NCBI RefSeq assembly: GCF_006345805.1
Contig: NC_043002.1
Coordinates: 6,324,001-6,388,000 of the forward strand
DNA: 64,000 nucleotides
Reading direction: 5' to 3'
DNA from: Octopus sinensis
Lineage: Eukaryota
Part shown: positions 49,611 to 63,555 of the stretch, piece after piece
Layout of the letters: each line of letters begins with the position of its first letter
Position numbering within the stretch: position 1 is the first letter of the stretch
Notes under the pieces: generated by a model
The model's database searches: none
Told to the model about the DNA's origin: nothing
What the model saw: only the letters and a program-made list of their open reading frames with translations
Translations under genes and position numbers: made by a program

Positions 49611-50456
49611 GCACCTTGCAACTGACTCAGTTTTTACAATTTGCTTTGCTCGCCTAAAAATCAGTTGATTTATATCGCGATTTGATCCGATGGAATAACC
49701 CAGTCCCGAATTTACTTCTTTCTTTCGCCTTTGTACTGACGGAAATCTTAATATTTTCTATTCGTGTTACACACGCGCACGCACTCACGCACATGAGTAT
49801 ATACATATTTATTAATTATGAATTAACGATTCTCCAATTTAATTGAGTATTTCCTTGTTTCGATGAATGAGCACACGTGTCATGCAAAAGCATATTCACG
49901 CTTTGTTGCATAAATGTGTAAATGTACCCAAGTGTATATCAGCTTCTACAGGTCTCTCTGAATGTGTACGTGTACGTGTGTGTGTGTGTGTGGTATAGCA
50001 CGGTGGGTATAAACAAAATGTAATAGTGAGTGAATGGGTACTATGTCCTTTGCGATTTTATGTGTGTATATTGGTAATGTATATGCGGATATGCGTCAGA
50101 GGGCTTTCTTGCTTTCTGGTTGTATTAGTATGTCCTGTAATAATACGTAACTGAGATATGTATGCTTATAATACTTCCCCGTATGATTGTATTAGTATGT
50201 ATGTATGTATATATATATATATATATAATTTATATATATATATATATAATATATATAAAATATATATACATATACATACTTATATATATATAATATATAT
50301 ATATATTATATATATATATATATACATACTTATATATATATATATATAAACATATATATATATATATAAACATATATATATACATATATATATATATAAT
50401 ATATATAAAATATATATACATATATATATATGTATATATATATGTATATATATATG

Positions 50457-50489
<33 letters not shown>

Positions 50490-50528
50490 ATGTATACCTA
50501 TATGTATATATATATATATATATTATAT

Positions 50529-50561
<33 letters not shown>

Positions 50562-51169
50562 TGTGTGTGTGTGTGTGTATGTATACATATATGTATATAT
50601 ATATATATTATATATATATATACATGCACACATACACATACCTATATATATACGCACCAAATACATATATATGCATGTGTGTATGTCTGTGTGTGTAATT
50701 ATAAGGGTAGGATATAAATATCGTATTATATATAATTTATATAGAATAATTGATATTTAAATATATATATATATGTGAGTGTGTATGTGTTTGTGTATGT
50801 GTGTGTGCGTTTATATGATTTATGTATCACATTTGCCTGTGCGTCTGTTGAATGTGTGTATATATACAAGAAAATATAGGAAATTAAGAAAATTTTAAGC
50901 AAATCTAATTCATTTTTATGAAAATGGAAAATAATTTGAAATTAATACATCAAGAGTTATAACTTCCTAATTAGTGGAATAACTATTTGAATGAAATAAT
51001 TTACTAATTAACCTCCTTCCAGCTGTAGTGTAAAACCGACACAACTCACCCGCATACTTTTATGTGCACGCAGGGCAACTGGTGTATGCCTCTTTGTCTG
51101 TGCATTAAGGGTACCACTGCATACACACTCTACTTGTTAGAAATAGCTTTCGAATCTCCTTCAGCCTCT

Positions 51170-51420
51170 CTGTCTGTCAGTCTCGGCCTCTCTCCCTATC
51201 CCCCCTCTCTCTCTCTCTCTATCCCTATCTCTCTCTCTCTCTATCCCTATCCCTCTCTCTCTATCCCTATTTCTCTCTCTCCCTTTCCCTATCTCCCTCT
51301 CTCTCTCCCTATCTCCCTCTCCCTATCCCTATCTCTCTCTCCCTCTCCCTATCTCTCCCTATCTCTCTCTCCCTCCCTATCCCTATCTCTCCCTCCCTCT
51401 CCCCCCTCTCTCTCTCTCTA
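51170..51420. repeat. Polypyrimidine minisatellite (CCCTATCTCTCT-like units)
   Basis: Read directly. Confidence 0.85.
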
Positions 51421-51552
51421 TCCAGTGTCTGGATCATGCAAAACGTGGTATGCAGTTCCTGCAAAAAGAAGAGATACCCAAGGTTGAAGTTCCTTGTCTC
51501 ATATGTCTCATCTATTGAGACTGAGCAAGAACAATTACACGCAATTCTTACT

Positions 51553-51975
51553 TATTTCAGTCATTTGACTGTGGCCATGTTGGAGCACCGCCTTGAAGGG
51601 GTTTTAGACTCATGAATCGATTCCAAGACGCCTTTTTAAGCTTGATACTTATTCTATCGGATTGTTTAGCCAAACCGCTAAATTGCTGGGACTTAAACAC
51701 ACCAACACCGGTTATCAAGCGACAAAAATAGACACAAAGACACACACACGCACGCACACACACATGCACACACAAACACACATAAAGACCTCCGCATGCA
51801 CGCGCACACACATATACATAAACGACGGGCTTCTTTCAGTTTCCGTCTACCAAATCCACTCGCAAGGCCTTTGTTGGCCCAAGGGTATAGTTCAAGACAT
51901 TTGACGAAGGTGCAACGCAGAGAGACTGAAGCCGGAACGATGTGTCTGGGTAGCAAGCTTTCTCTACCACACAGC
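51553..51975 (-). mobile_element. SINE family B (older variant)
   Basis: Reverse complement of the consensus head and tail. Confidence 0.8.
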
Positions 51976-52268
51976 CGTATATATGTTTATATGTTTTTTT
52001 GTCTTGTACTGGTTTCAATCATTGGACTGCAGCCATGCTGCGAAATCGCCTTGGAGGGTTTAATCAAAGAAATCGACCCCAGTACTTGTTTTTTAAGCTT
52101 GGTACCTTTTTTTGACCGACCCGTATATTACAGAGACATAGATAGACTAACATCAGTTGTCAAGCGGGGTTGAGGAAGAAACACAAAAGCACACATACCC
52201 AGACGCCTACGCATAGACTGTCACACACACACACAAACGAGTACACACACATACATACATACATATAT

Positions 52269-52350
<82 letters not shown>

Positions 52351-52404
52351 CTGTGCAGACAGCGAAACAGAAGTCGGATACCTTTTGAACACAGTTCGTA
52401 ATTC

Positions 52405-52737
52405 AAGCTTTCCTGATCAAGAACAACACATCACTTGTTCGACAATCTCCCTACTCTCCCAAATCGCCACTGTGCGACTTGTGATTCGTCCCAAACTGAA
52501 AACCGGACTGAAAAGAAAGCGATATGAGTCGCGAGAGGAAAATATGAGAAAAGCGACGGCGAAGCTCCATACATTTCCAGAGAAGGCATTCCAGAGATGT
52601 TACCAACAGTGGCAGACCCGCTGAGAGAAGTGCGTGAACTCTCAAGAGTATTTTGTAGGCGATTATGTAAAATTTGTGAAATGTACAAATTTTTTTTTTA
52701 TGCCCAAAGGTCGGACACATGTTGAAAGCAACTAGTA
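52405..52737 (+). mobile_element. mariner transposase C-terminus plus right TIR
   Basis: QSPYSPKSPLCD...PKLKTGLKRKRYES...FQRCYQQWQTR*EKCVNSQEYFVGD*; TIR-like GGTCGGACACATGTTGAAAGCAACTAG|TA. Confidence 0.8.
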
Positions 52738-52741
52738 TATA

Positions 52742-53026
52742 TTCGTAAGACCTGCAGAAGAGAAAGCAGGTCAACCTCCGACACCGAGAGCATCGGCGGA
52801 TGGATGAATGCGCATCTAGGCTCAGCGGTTGCGTAGGAAGTCGGGGACAAGAAACAGGAAGAAAGAGTGAGAGAAAGTTGGAGCGAAAGAGTACAACAGG
52901 GGTTGCAACCACTCCCTGCCGGAGCCTCGTGGAGCTTTAGGTGTTTTCGCTCAATAAACACACAAAGCCCGGTCTGGGAATCGAAACCGCGAGTCCGTGC
53001 CCTAACCGCTGGGGCATTGCGCCTCC
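52742..53026 (-). mobile_element. SINE family C, tail variant 2
   Basis: Matches 33800-34077. Confidence 0.85.
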
Positions 53027-53644
53027 TGTTGCTGCTGTTCCTGCTATTGTTACTGTTACTTAACCGAAGACCAGATCCGATCGAGTAGACAACTAAACAA
53101 AGGTAAACAAAGACATTTAAGGTATGACGTATTCAGTAAATTTGGATACATGATAAAGAACTAGATTTCTAGCAAGAGGAGAGCAGACATTGCATCCGTC
53201 ACCATTTCCCTATATACGGAGGTATACAGTACTGCGTTATCAAATGAATCCTTGTTTTTTAAGATGGCAAACACTGATCTGAGGCAGATTCGGCTGCTAT
53301 TCCTTGCAAGTTGAGAGAATATGTAGAGGATACATCATGAAGTTTAGTGATCTATATGGTGACGGTTTCAGTAACGTTTGGTGATATGTGAAGAAACAGC
53401 AATGAAATAGAAGCGAAGACTAAAGAGAGAAGAAAGATCAGAAGATGTATCACCATCAGACCTCAGCTAGGTGCCCTCAGCCAGGTGCCCTCCTTATCTC
53501 CGGGCACGGCTTGTCATGACTCCGTGTTGCACTACATGTATACAGTCAAGCAGATTATTGTCTCGTCCATCCATTCTTTCATGGTTTCTTCCACAAACCA
53601 CCACCACCACCACCACCACCACCACCACCACCACCACCATCACC

Positions 53645-53699
<55 letters not shown>

Positions 53700-53839
53700 A
53701 CTGGATGCTGCGTCTGTTACTACTGACAACGATATTAATTTGCATTTTCCGTTGACGTAGTATGGAGTGGTTAACCCCGAAATACAATTGATTATTTAAC
53801 CTTTTCAGCACATATTCGTAGAATAACCCCCAATGGGTA

Positions 53840-53891
<52 letters not shown>

Positions 53892-54131
53892 CAAGCATAC
53901 AAACGTTATTTATGAATAACTATGTTGATAGCTGCACGCATGCATGTACGTACGTATGCATGTGTGTATGCGTCTTGTGTGTGCATAATGCATGAGTGTA
54001 TGTATGTATGTAAGCATGTATACATGCATGTATGTTTGTATACATATATGCATGTGTGTGTTATGTGTGCGTGCGTGTGAGAGTGTGTGTTATTGGATTT
54101 GTATGTGCATATATTGGTGGATGTGTGTGAT

Positions 54132-54364
54132 AAGGCGGCGAGCTGGCAGAATCGTTAGCACGCCGGGCGAAATGCGTAGCCGTATTTCGCCTGCCGTTAC
54201 GTTCTGGGTTCAAATTCTGCTGAGGTCGACTTTGCCTTTCATCCTTTCGGGGTCGATTAAATTAGTACCAGTCACGCACTGGGGTCGATGTAATCGACTT
54301 AATCCGTTTGTCTGTCCTTGTTTGTCCCTTCTGTGTTTAGTCCCTTGTGGGTTGTAAAGAAATA
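54132..54364 (+). mobile_element. SINE family A
   Basis: Full copy; flanks share ATATATTGGTG.ATGTGTGTG. Confidence 0.9.
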
Positions 54365-54831
54365 TATATTGGTGTATGTGTGTGTGTGTGTGTCTGCACG
54401 ATTATAGGCATGCTAGAGTCAATTAGTGGTGCAGTTTTGAAGTTTAATACCTCATCAGTTTACGAAGTAGCAACATATCAAGCAATTTGCAACGAATGGC
54501 GGTGATTACGTGTGCCTGGCGTGGGGAAGGGTTGAGTTTGGTAAATAGTATAACGACATTATAAAGAAAAGACTGGTCCAACGACCAGCAGACCATAACG
54601 GGAGGGAGAACAAGAAGAGCAATGTAAAATATGATGTAGGACAAGCCTGTGAAATGCAGGCTTCTAGAATAAATAAATATATGAATAAGGGAATAACGGA
54701 ATGAATATAAATGAACATATCGATCGAATGAAATGAATTATACAAAATTGTATGACTGATTATAATAAGCGAAATTGAAATATTCGGAAGGAATAGCAAA
54801 TATTAAATACTCGGAAGACAAAAATACACAC

Positions 54832-54839
<8 letters not shown>

Positions 54840-54902
<63 letters not shown>

Positions 54903-55755
54903 CAAACAAACAAACAAACAAACACAAAACACATACATAAATCCAAACAAACATTCATACAAACATACATACATACATAGTACATACATGTATACATACA
55001 TACATACACACACACACACATATACATACATACATACATGCATGCATACATAAATACATACATACATAGTACATATGTGTGTACATACATGCATGCATAT
55101 ATACATACACACACACACACAAAAAAAAACACACACACACTCACGCATGCATACATACATACATACATACATAATACATACATACATACATACATAATAC
55201 ATACATACATAGTACATACGTGTATACATACATGCATGCAAATATACATACACACACACATACACACATACATACATACATACATACATACATAATACAT
55301 ACATACATACATACATACATACAAACAGACATACATACATACATACATACATACATACATACATGTTTGTATTGGAAATGACGAATAATTGCCGGCTGCA
55401 TTTTCGATACCACCATTGCTTTATGTATACGTGCAAGTATGCTCAGTCATACACATAGACACACGCACAGAAACACACGCACGCACACACGCACAAACAC
55501 ATATATATATGCACATATATATATGAACATATATGTATATATATATATATATATATATGCATGTGTATTTGCACACATATATTTATATATATATATATAC
55601 ACATATATATACATATATAATAATATACGTACATACATATATATATACATACACACAACACGCACACACATACACACACAGTATCTATCTATCTCTTTCT
55701 CATCTCATCTATCTATCTATCTATCTATCATCTACATATATAATTATATATATAT

Positions 55756-55822
<67 letters not shown>

Positions 55823-55947
55823 GGCACGTATACTAATACAAACCTAACACATGCGCGTACACCTCCTCTATGAACATAATGAACGACAAACATGTACATT
55901 GTTATGGCGATTTCAGGCAGACAGAAGTCAGGTCTCCATACTTTGGA

Positions 55948-55983
<36 letters not shown>

Positions 55984-55984
55984 C

Positions 55985-56018
<34 letters not shown>

Positions 56019-56860
56019 ACAGATATTCATGTAATGTTGTGGCTGGGAAGTGGTTGGTTTTTCCTTTCCTGTCCTTCGTTTGCATTTAAATGGTTAAGTG
56101 AACTAAAACAAATGTAACGCGCTGAGCAGCGCTGCTTGCGGTTGTTTTGAACAACAAACGTTTACTTGATACTAAATACAAGAGCGATAATTAGGGGTTA
56201 AATAAAGAGCTGGAAAGTCCTTAAGAAAGCTATTCGGACAATTGTCATCGGAATAATGGTACTTCGTTAAGAGACGCATTTTACGCCAATCTTCCAAACA
56301 CAATAGCCATGTTGATTGGTGCCGGGATAAGTATGCATGTATGTATGTATGTATGCATGTATGTGTGTGTGTTTGTGTGTGTGTGTATGTATGTATTATG
56401 CATAGATGTATGTATGTATGTATTATGCATGTATGTATGCATGAATGTATGTATGATGTATGCATGCATGTATGTATGATGTATGCATGCATGTATGTAT
56501 GCATGTATGTATGTATGTATTTATTATGCATAGATGTATGTATGAATGAATGTATTATGCATAGATGTATGCATGTATGTATGCATGTATGCATGCGTGT
56601 ATGCATGCATGTATGCATGTATGCCTGTATGACTGTATGTATGTATTATGCATAAATGTATGTATGAATGTATGTATGTATAGATATGTATGTAAACATA
56701 CGCTTGCATATCTATCTTTTTATACACACACACATATATATACATACACACACAGACATATATACATACACACATATATACGCACACACATACATACATA
56801 CATACATACATACATACATACATACATACATACATACATACATACATACATGCATAATTC
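54840..56860. repeat. Extended compound microsatellite field ((CT)n, (TACA)n, (TA)n, (GA)n, (ATGT)n)
   Basis: Read directly; all MYVC/HTYI ORFs here are artefacts. Confidence 0.9.
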
Positions 56861-57044
56861 AAGGCGGTTGATTGGCTGAGGATAAAAAGGAAAGAAAACA
56901 CCTTGCACCATTTCTTTTGGCTCTGGGGCGGGAAAAATGCTTAGAAGCATTTCTTACGTTTTTACGCTCTGAGTTCAAATTCCGCCAACCTCAACATTCA
57001 GGGTCAACGAAATAAGTATAAGAAGTATATGAACAGTTACGTAT

Positions 57045-57440
57045 TTACTCTTTTACTTGTTTCAGTCATTTGACTGCGGCCATGCTGGAGCACTGCCTTT
57101 AATCGAGCAACTCGACCCCGGGACTTATTCTTTTGTAAGCCCAGTACTTATTCTATCGGTCTCTTTTGCCGAACCGCTAAGTAACGGGGATATAAACACA
57201 CCAGCATCGGTTGTCAAGCAATGCTAGGGGGACAAACACAGACACACAAACACACACATATATATATATATATATACATATACACGACATGATTCTTTCA
57301 GTTTCCGTATACCAAATACACTCACAAGGCTTTGGTCGGCCCGAGGCTATAGTAGAAGACACTTGCCCAAAGTGCCACGCAGTGGGACTGAACCCGGAAC
57401 CATGTGGTTGGTAAGCAAGCTACTTACCACACAGCCACTC
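57045..57440 (-). mobile_element. SINE family B (young, near consensus)
   Basis: Reverse complement of 35388-35756. Confidence 0.92.
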
Positions 57441-57867
57441 GTATCTTTTTGTATGCGTATGTGATGAAGCACATACAGTTTGATGAAATTCTCTGGAATG
57501 GATCTAGTGCGCGAGGAATATAGAGAAGCAACTCTGGAGTAACTTATTAGCGAATTGTATGTGGAAATAAGCAAACGAAAAACGTATGCAAATAGCTCAT
57601 ATATGATTGTGCAAGCGGTAGTTTGATGGTAAAGGTAATGAAGATAGTCATAATAGTACTAGCATATGAAGTTGTAATAGTGCAATTTAATTCAAATATA
57701 TGTGCGCTCAAGTGTATATTTATGTATATAGGTAGCTGGGTAGTGCTCAAACGAGAAAATGTAGCTCGTAACTCACCTAATGCGAGTCTTATAATATATT
57801 GTGGAAAACAATATCTGCTCACTAACTATTATAATGGAGACAATCTCTTCTAGATTAACTATTATAT

Positions 57868-58467
57868 ATTTCTTTATTGCCCACAAGGGGCTAAACATAG
57901 AAAAGACAAACAAGGACCGACAAAGAGATTAAGTCGATTACATCGACCCCAGTGCGTAACTGGTACTTAATTTATCGATCCCGAATGGATGAAAGGCAAC
58001 GTCGACCTCGGCGGAATTTGAACTCACAACGTAGCGGCAGACAAAATACCTATTTCTTTACTACCCACAAGGGTATAAACACAGAGGGGACAAACAAGGA
58101 GAGACAAAGGGATTAAGTCGATTACATCGACCCCAGTGCGTAACTGGTACTTAATTTATCGACCCCGAATGGATAATAGGCAAAGTCGACCTCGGCGGAA
58201 TTTGAACTCAGAACGTAACGGCAGACGAAATACCTATTTCTTTACTACCCACGAGGGGCTAAACACAGAGGGGACAAACAAGGAGAGACAAAGGGATTAA
58301 GTCGATTACATCGACCCCAGTGCGTAACTGGTACTTAATTTATCGGCCCCGAAAGGATGAAAGGCAAAGTCGACCTCAGCGGAATTTGAACTCAGAACGT
58401 AACGGCAGACGAAATACGGCTACGCATTTCGCCCGGAGTGCTAACGTTTCTGCCAGCTCGCCGCCTT
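57868..58467 (-). mobile_element. SINE family A tandem trimer
   Basis: One head (58467) followed by two headless ~180-bp units, each joined at GAC(G/A)AAATACCTATTTCTT. Confidence 0.92.
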
Positions 58468-58890
58468 TTTTTTTATGAATACAACTTAATAGTATTCTAG
58501 ATTAACTATTATAATGGAGACAATCTCTTCTAGATTAAATTAAGGCAGATGTGAAAATTTCAACTTTACATCAAAGAGCAAATGCGGTTTACAAAGTATT
58601 CACATTTAATTTTTTTCTACACACGTACATACATATGTATACATATACAAACTGTGTTTTTCTATTTACACTTCATAACTTGACGATTCGGTAAAAAGAT
58701 ATCGATAGAATAAGTATCAGGCTTTAAAACGCACGTACTGGGGTGTATTTGTTCAACTCAGTCATTCAAGATGGTGCCCTGGCATGGCTGCAGTCCAATG
58801 ACTGAAACAAATAAAAAATAAATGATGAAAATCGGAACACAGAAAAGAGAGAGTGTGGTAGAGAGAGAGATAAAGGGAGGAGGAATGGAC

Positions 58891-58921
<31 letters not shown>

Positions 58922-59519
58922 CAAGGGAAAAGAGAGAGAGAGAGAGGGGGCAGTAGAGTGAAGGATGGAACGACAGTGACGTAGGATGATGAAAATACGT
59001 AGAAAGAGAGGTAGATGGGGGTAGGGGCAGAAAGACGAACAGACAGACATGCAGTAAGAATGAATGAGGCCAATTATAATTATAAACTTGCTTTGTTAAG
59101 CTAATTGCCTTCATTATACTCATATCATTGACCACAAACCTCCGCCTTTTCCTCTTACTCCTACTCTTTCCCATTTCTAAAGTTTTTTTTTTAATCTTTT
59201 TTATTTGTTTTCTATTTTCGTTTCCGTTTTTATTTTTTAAAATTCTATTATTCTTCCCTACCGTGGTGAATGTTTTTAATTTTACTACTCAAGTGATGAT
59301 AATTTCATTGAAGTGGGATCAAATCTCACTCGAACCCATTTTTCAAAAGCCTACTCGAGGGCTTTTCAAAGTCGAGGGTCTCCGATGATCTTCCGAGAAG
59401 TGTTTGTGGTTATTGTTGCTGTCACTGTTGTTGCGGTTGCTATTTATAATTGCTTTCGGCAGCATCAGCAGCAGCAACAGCAAAGTAATAGTATAGTAGC
59501 GTAGTAGTAGTAGTAGTAG

Positions 59520-59560
<41 letters not shown>

Positions 59561-59760
59561 TGTAGTGTTTCTGGGATAGAAGCAGCGGGCGTAGCAGTAG
59601 TAGTGTTTGTTGTATGATATTGATGATGATGATGATCATGTTCCTCCTACTCTTCCTCCTACTCCTCTTCCTCCACCTCTACCTCCCTTTCATCACCATC
59701 ATCATCAACATCATTTGGTGGTGGCGAGGGAGGGTGGACGACAATTACGACGTCGACGAC

Positions 59761-59791
<31 letters not shown>

Positions 59792-60488
59792 TTGATTACG
59801 ATGACGATGATGTTATTAAAGTTTATCCAGCTTTTTTTCTTTGATCTTCAAGTTAGTCGGTATAAATACACTGAAAGAGGGAACTACAAACTAACAAACA
59901 AATACAAAAGTCTAATCAGGAAGAACACAACAACAACAACAACAACAATAGCATCAACAATAGCATCAACAACAAACAAATGAAGTTAAAAACAAAATGA
60001 ATGTAAACTGAGGTCAAATTTGAGTGTGGCCCTGGAATTGTTAAAAACAGAACATTGAGATTAAAAGAAGAAAAAAATACAATTTAAATCGTTAGATTAT
60101 GTGTAATTATAATGTAAACTATAATGAGAGTAATTGTGTTTTCATATTAAAAATATATAAAATAAAGAAAGAAATATATAAAGAATAATATAAATGGTCT
60201 TTTAAAAATCGTTAAGATTAAACTTTCCGCCATACACACGGCAAAATGTACGCATTGGAGAATATACATACGTAGATACATACACACATATATACATACG
60301 TGCATGCATACATACATACATACATACATACATACATACATACATTCTTCCATACATACATACATATATACATACATGCATGCATGCATACATACATACA
60401 TGCATGCATACATACATACATACAAACATTCTTCGACATATACACACATATATACATACATGCATGCATGCATACATGCATACATACA

Positions 60489-60521
<33 letters not shown>

Positions 60522-61019
60522 TCATACAAGCATATATTTATTTATATATATATTAAGAGAGAAAATAACATGCATACATATACAAACATTAACTGAAAAC
60601 ACAAGCGTATATACACATTAAAACACAATGTAAGAGTTTACGCGAGAGAGAGAGAGAGGTTGGAATGAGGGGGAGAGAAAGACAAACAAAAAATAGGCAG
60701 AGGAATTCATACGTGGTATAAATGCATGCTATCTTAACATAAATATTATTGATTTTTTTACGCATTTACACACATAACCATACAAGCATGTGCCTCTACC
60801 ATATGCACATACATGGAAGTTTACAATTCTGTTTTTAGAAACATCAATGGATATACAGAAATACAAAAAGGTAGAATAATAACATAGTATGTAATTAATG
60901 TAATTTGTACGCTATTTCTATCTATTTCACACTCATTGCTCTCTTTATGGAGAATTGTAGACGCCATTGCTCTTCATAAAACATGTTCTAAATATGCCCA
61001 ATATTTTATTTCATATCAT

Positions 61020-62100
61020 TTCAGTACACCTATGAATGCCTTCCATCGTACCCTCCTCGACATTTCAGCGTCCCCATCTCGGTGCATATTCACTGCGTAG
61101 CCCAAGTTTACGGACGTCATTAAGTCCCTGTTTTCATTGCTTCCCACCTTTATTCCTCCCTCGTGCTACTTCTACAGACCTCGTATGTATTATGTCTTTG
61201 TGCGCTACATTTTAGGCCTATTGCTGAGATATGCTTCTCCAGCTCTGTCAACATGCTCTGTAGCTGATCTGTGGTTTTGGTGACACGTACCATTACATCT
61301 GGAAACCGAAGGTATGTAAGTGGCTCACCGTTGATATTCACGGCATATCTCAAATTATTGTCTCTGACGACTATTTCTAGAGCTTTGATGAGATGGTATC
61401 TCCTGAGCTGGCAGAATCGTTAGCACGTCGGGCGAAATGCTTAGCGGTATTTCGGCTGTCGTTACGTTGTGAGTTCAAATTCCGCCGAGGTCGACTTTGC
61501 CTTTCATACTTTCGGGGTCGATTAAATAAATACCAGTTACGCACTGAGGTCGATGTCATCGACTTAATACCTATGTCTGTCCTTGTTTGTCCCCTCTATG
61601 TTTAGCCCCTTGTGGGTAATAAAGAAATAGGTATTTCCTTGCATGCCGCCTTTTATCTATTGGAAAATACGTGTTCAATGCCAATCACTTCAATAGCACT
61701 GTCCACCCTGCGCTGTTAAACGCAAGTGTAACATAAGCTCCTACGAAAAGGAGAGAACATTGAGTGTCAATGACACAAAGGGGCATGAAAATATCCTGGT
61801 TAGGAACATCATTGCGAGAGTATATCCGAAATAAGGGCATTCCGGAATGAAGCGAGATAAACGACGTGGTGGCAAAATACCAAAGGAACAATCGCAAGGT
61901 TCACAGACAAGGGTTGGACCCATGCAGTTGCCGAGTGATATACAAAAGATCGGAAAAGACCTCTCGGAAGCCTCGACGACGATGGGAGGATCATTTAAGA
62001 AAACAATTTAGGCCAAGTTGGAAAACAATGACGTAATCAAGAAAGAATTGATTACGCATTGTGACAGGTGATGCATAACATCTGATAGTGTGGTCGATAC
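61020..62100 (+). mobile_element. RTE-clade LINE remnant with inverted 5' part (61020-~61672 minus; ~61673-62100 plus)
   Basis: Minus: GMQGNTISSKL, NINGEPLTYLRFPD, QLQSMLTEL, WKAF. Plus: ANHFNSTVHPALL, SLREYIRN, GWTHAVAE, RRRWED; 3' UTR to 62100. Confidence 0.75.
61406..61629 (+). mobile_element. SINE family A inside the RTE remnant
   Basis: TSD GGTAT(C/T)TCCT at 61395-61404 and 61630-61639. Confidence 0.9.
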
Positions 62101-62144
62101 AGATAATACAAGTTATATGTGTGATTGTGTAAATGTGGAAGCAG

Positions 62145-62527
62145 TGGAAGCACTCCGTCGGTTACGACGATGAGGGTTCGGTTGATCCGAATCAACGGAA
62201 CAGCCTGCTCGTGAAATTAACGTGTAAGTGGCTGAGCACTCCACAGACACGTGTACACTTAACGTAGTTCTCGGGGATATTCAGCGTGACACAGAGAGTG
62301 ACAAGGCCGGCCCTTTGAAATACAGGTACAACAGAAACAGGAAGTAAGAGTGCGAGAAAGTTGTGGTGAAAGAGTACAGCAGGGATCACCACCATCCCCT
62401 GCCAGAGCCTCGTGGAGCTTTAGGTGTTTTCGCTCAATAAACACTCACAACGCCCGGTCTGGGAATCGAAACCGCGATCTTATGACCGCGAGTCCACTGC
62501 CCTAACCACTGGGCCATTGCGCCTCCA
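62145..62527 (-). mobile_element. SINE family C, tail variant 3 (full length)
   Basis: Intact head ending CCATTGCGCCTCCA on plus; tail ends in repeated TGCTTCCA. Confidence 0.9.
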
Positions 62528-62585
62528 CGATCGTGTAAATACACACACACTCAAACACACACAAATATATACAATATATACATGC

Positions 62586-62650
<65 letters not shown>

Positions 62651-62811
62651 CACATATATAAGTTCAGCAAGATTTAGATTCAGATGAATATGGTACTTAA
62701 GTCAAAGGCATCAGAATTTTGTATGGCATTATCCATATAAAGGCGGTGCTCCAGCATAGCCGCAGTCAAATAACTGAAACAAGTAAAAGAGTATAAATCA
62801 AATGGGATGAT

Positions 62812-63048
62812 TATAATCAAAATAAGCAGCAAGGATGTCCAAGGTAATGTAGTACAATTGTTTCATGCTACTTCATTTTATTAAACATTAAATATTACAT
62901 CAGTTTTAAAATGTCGAGCAATCTTCTATATGTGACTGAAGATTGCTCGACATTTTAAAACTGATGTAATACTTCCACTGTTTAATTAAATGAAGTAGCA
63001 TGAAACAATTGTACTACATTACCTTGGATATCCTTGCTGCTTATTTTG

Positions 63049-63054
<6 letters not shown>
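62812..63054. repeat. Long near-perfect inverted repeat (~115-bp arms, 11-nt loop)
   Basis: 62812-62926 versus reverse complement of 62938-63054: two substitutions plus one 5x7 internal loop. Confidence 0.92.
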
Positions 63055-63089
<35 letters not shown>

Positions 63090-63274
63090 CTACACATATA
63101 TTTATATATAAATATTATAACATATAGGCTGTGTGGTAAATAGCTTGCTTATCAACCACATGGTTCCAGATTTGGTGTCACTGCATGGCACCTTAGGCAA
63201 GTGTCTTCTGCTGTAATATCAAGCCAACCAAAGCCTTATGAGTGGATTTGGTAGACGGAAACTGAAAGAAGCCC

Positions 63275-63555
63275 CATGACTTTCGGAAACATTTTTTCAC
63301 GCTAAGAATTGCTGAAGCATGGAACAAACTGCCAGCATCATTTGTTAGTTGTCGGAGCACTGCATCCTTCAAAACTTCCATGCTTCCTGAGATTCGCCAA
63401 CACTACACCTGATTTTCTCTCCTCTATACACACGCAAACATCTATCTGACTCATACACTGTTCGCTTTCCAGACATTTGTACATTACTGCATATACTTTA
63501 TACGCACTTCTGACAAGTTGTGGTGCACCTGAGCACTGTATACAATAATTTCATA

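Noticed and set aside
52372-52400. Second mariner TIR making a complete mini-element with 52737
   Set aside because: It is in the same (direct) orientation as the downstream TIR, so it is a separate remnant.
57547-57822. Hydrophobic 91-aa minus-strand ORF (GPCR-like?)
   Set aside because: No TM-family signature motifs; composition is explained by AT-rich sequence.
57868-58467. CRISPR-like repeat-spacer array
   Set aside because: Units are ~180-bp SINE bodies without unique spacers; eukaryotic context, no cas genes.
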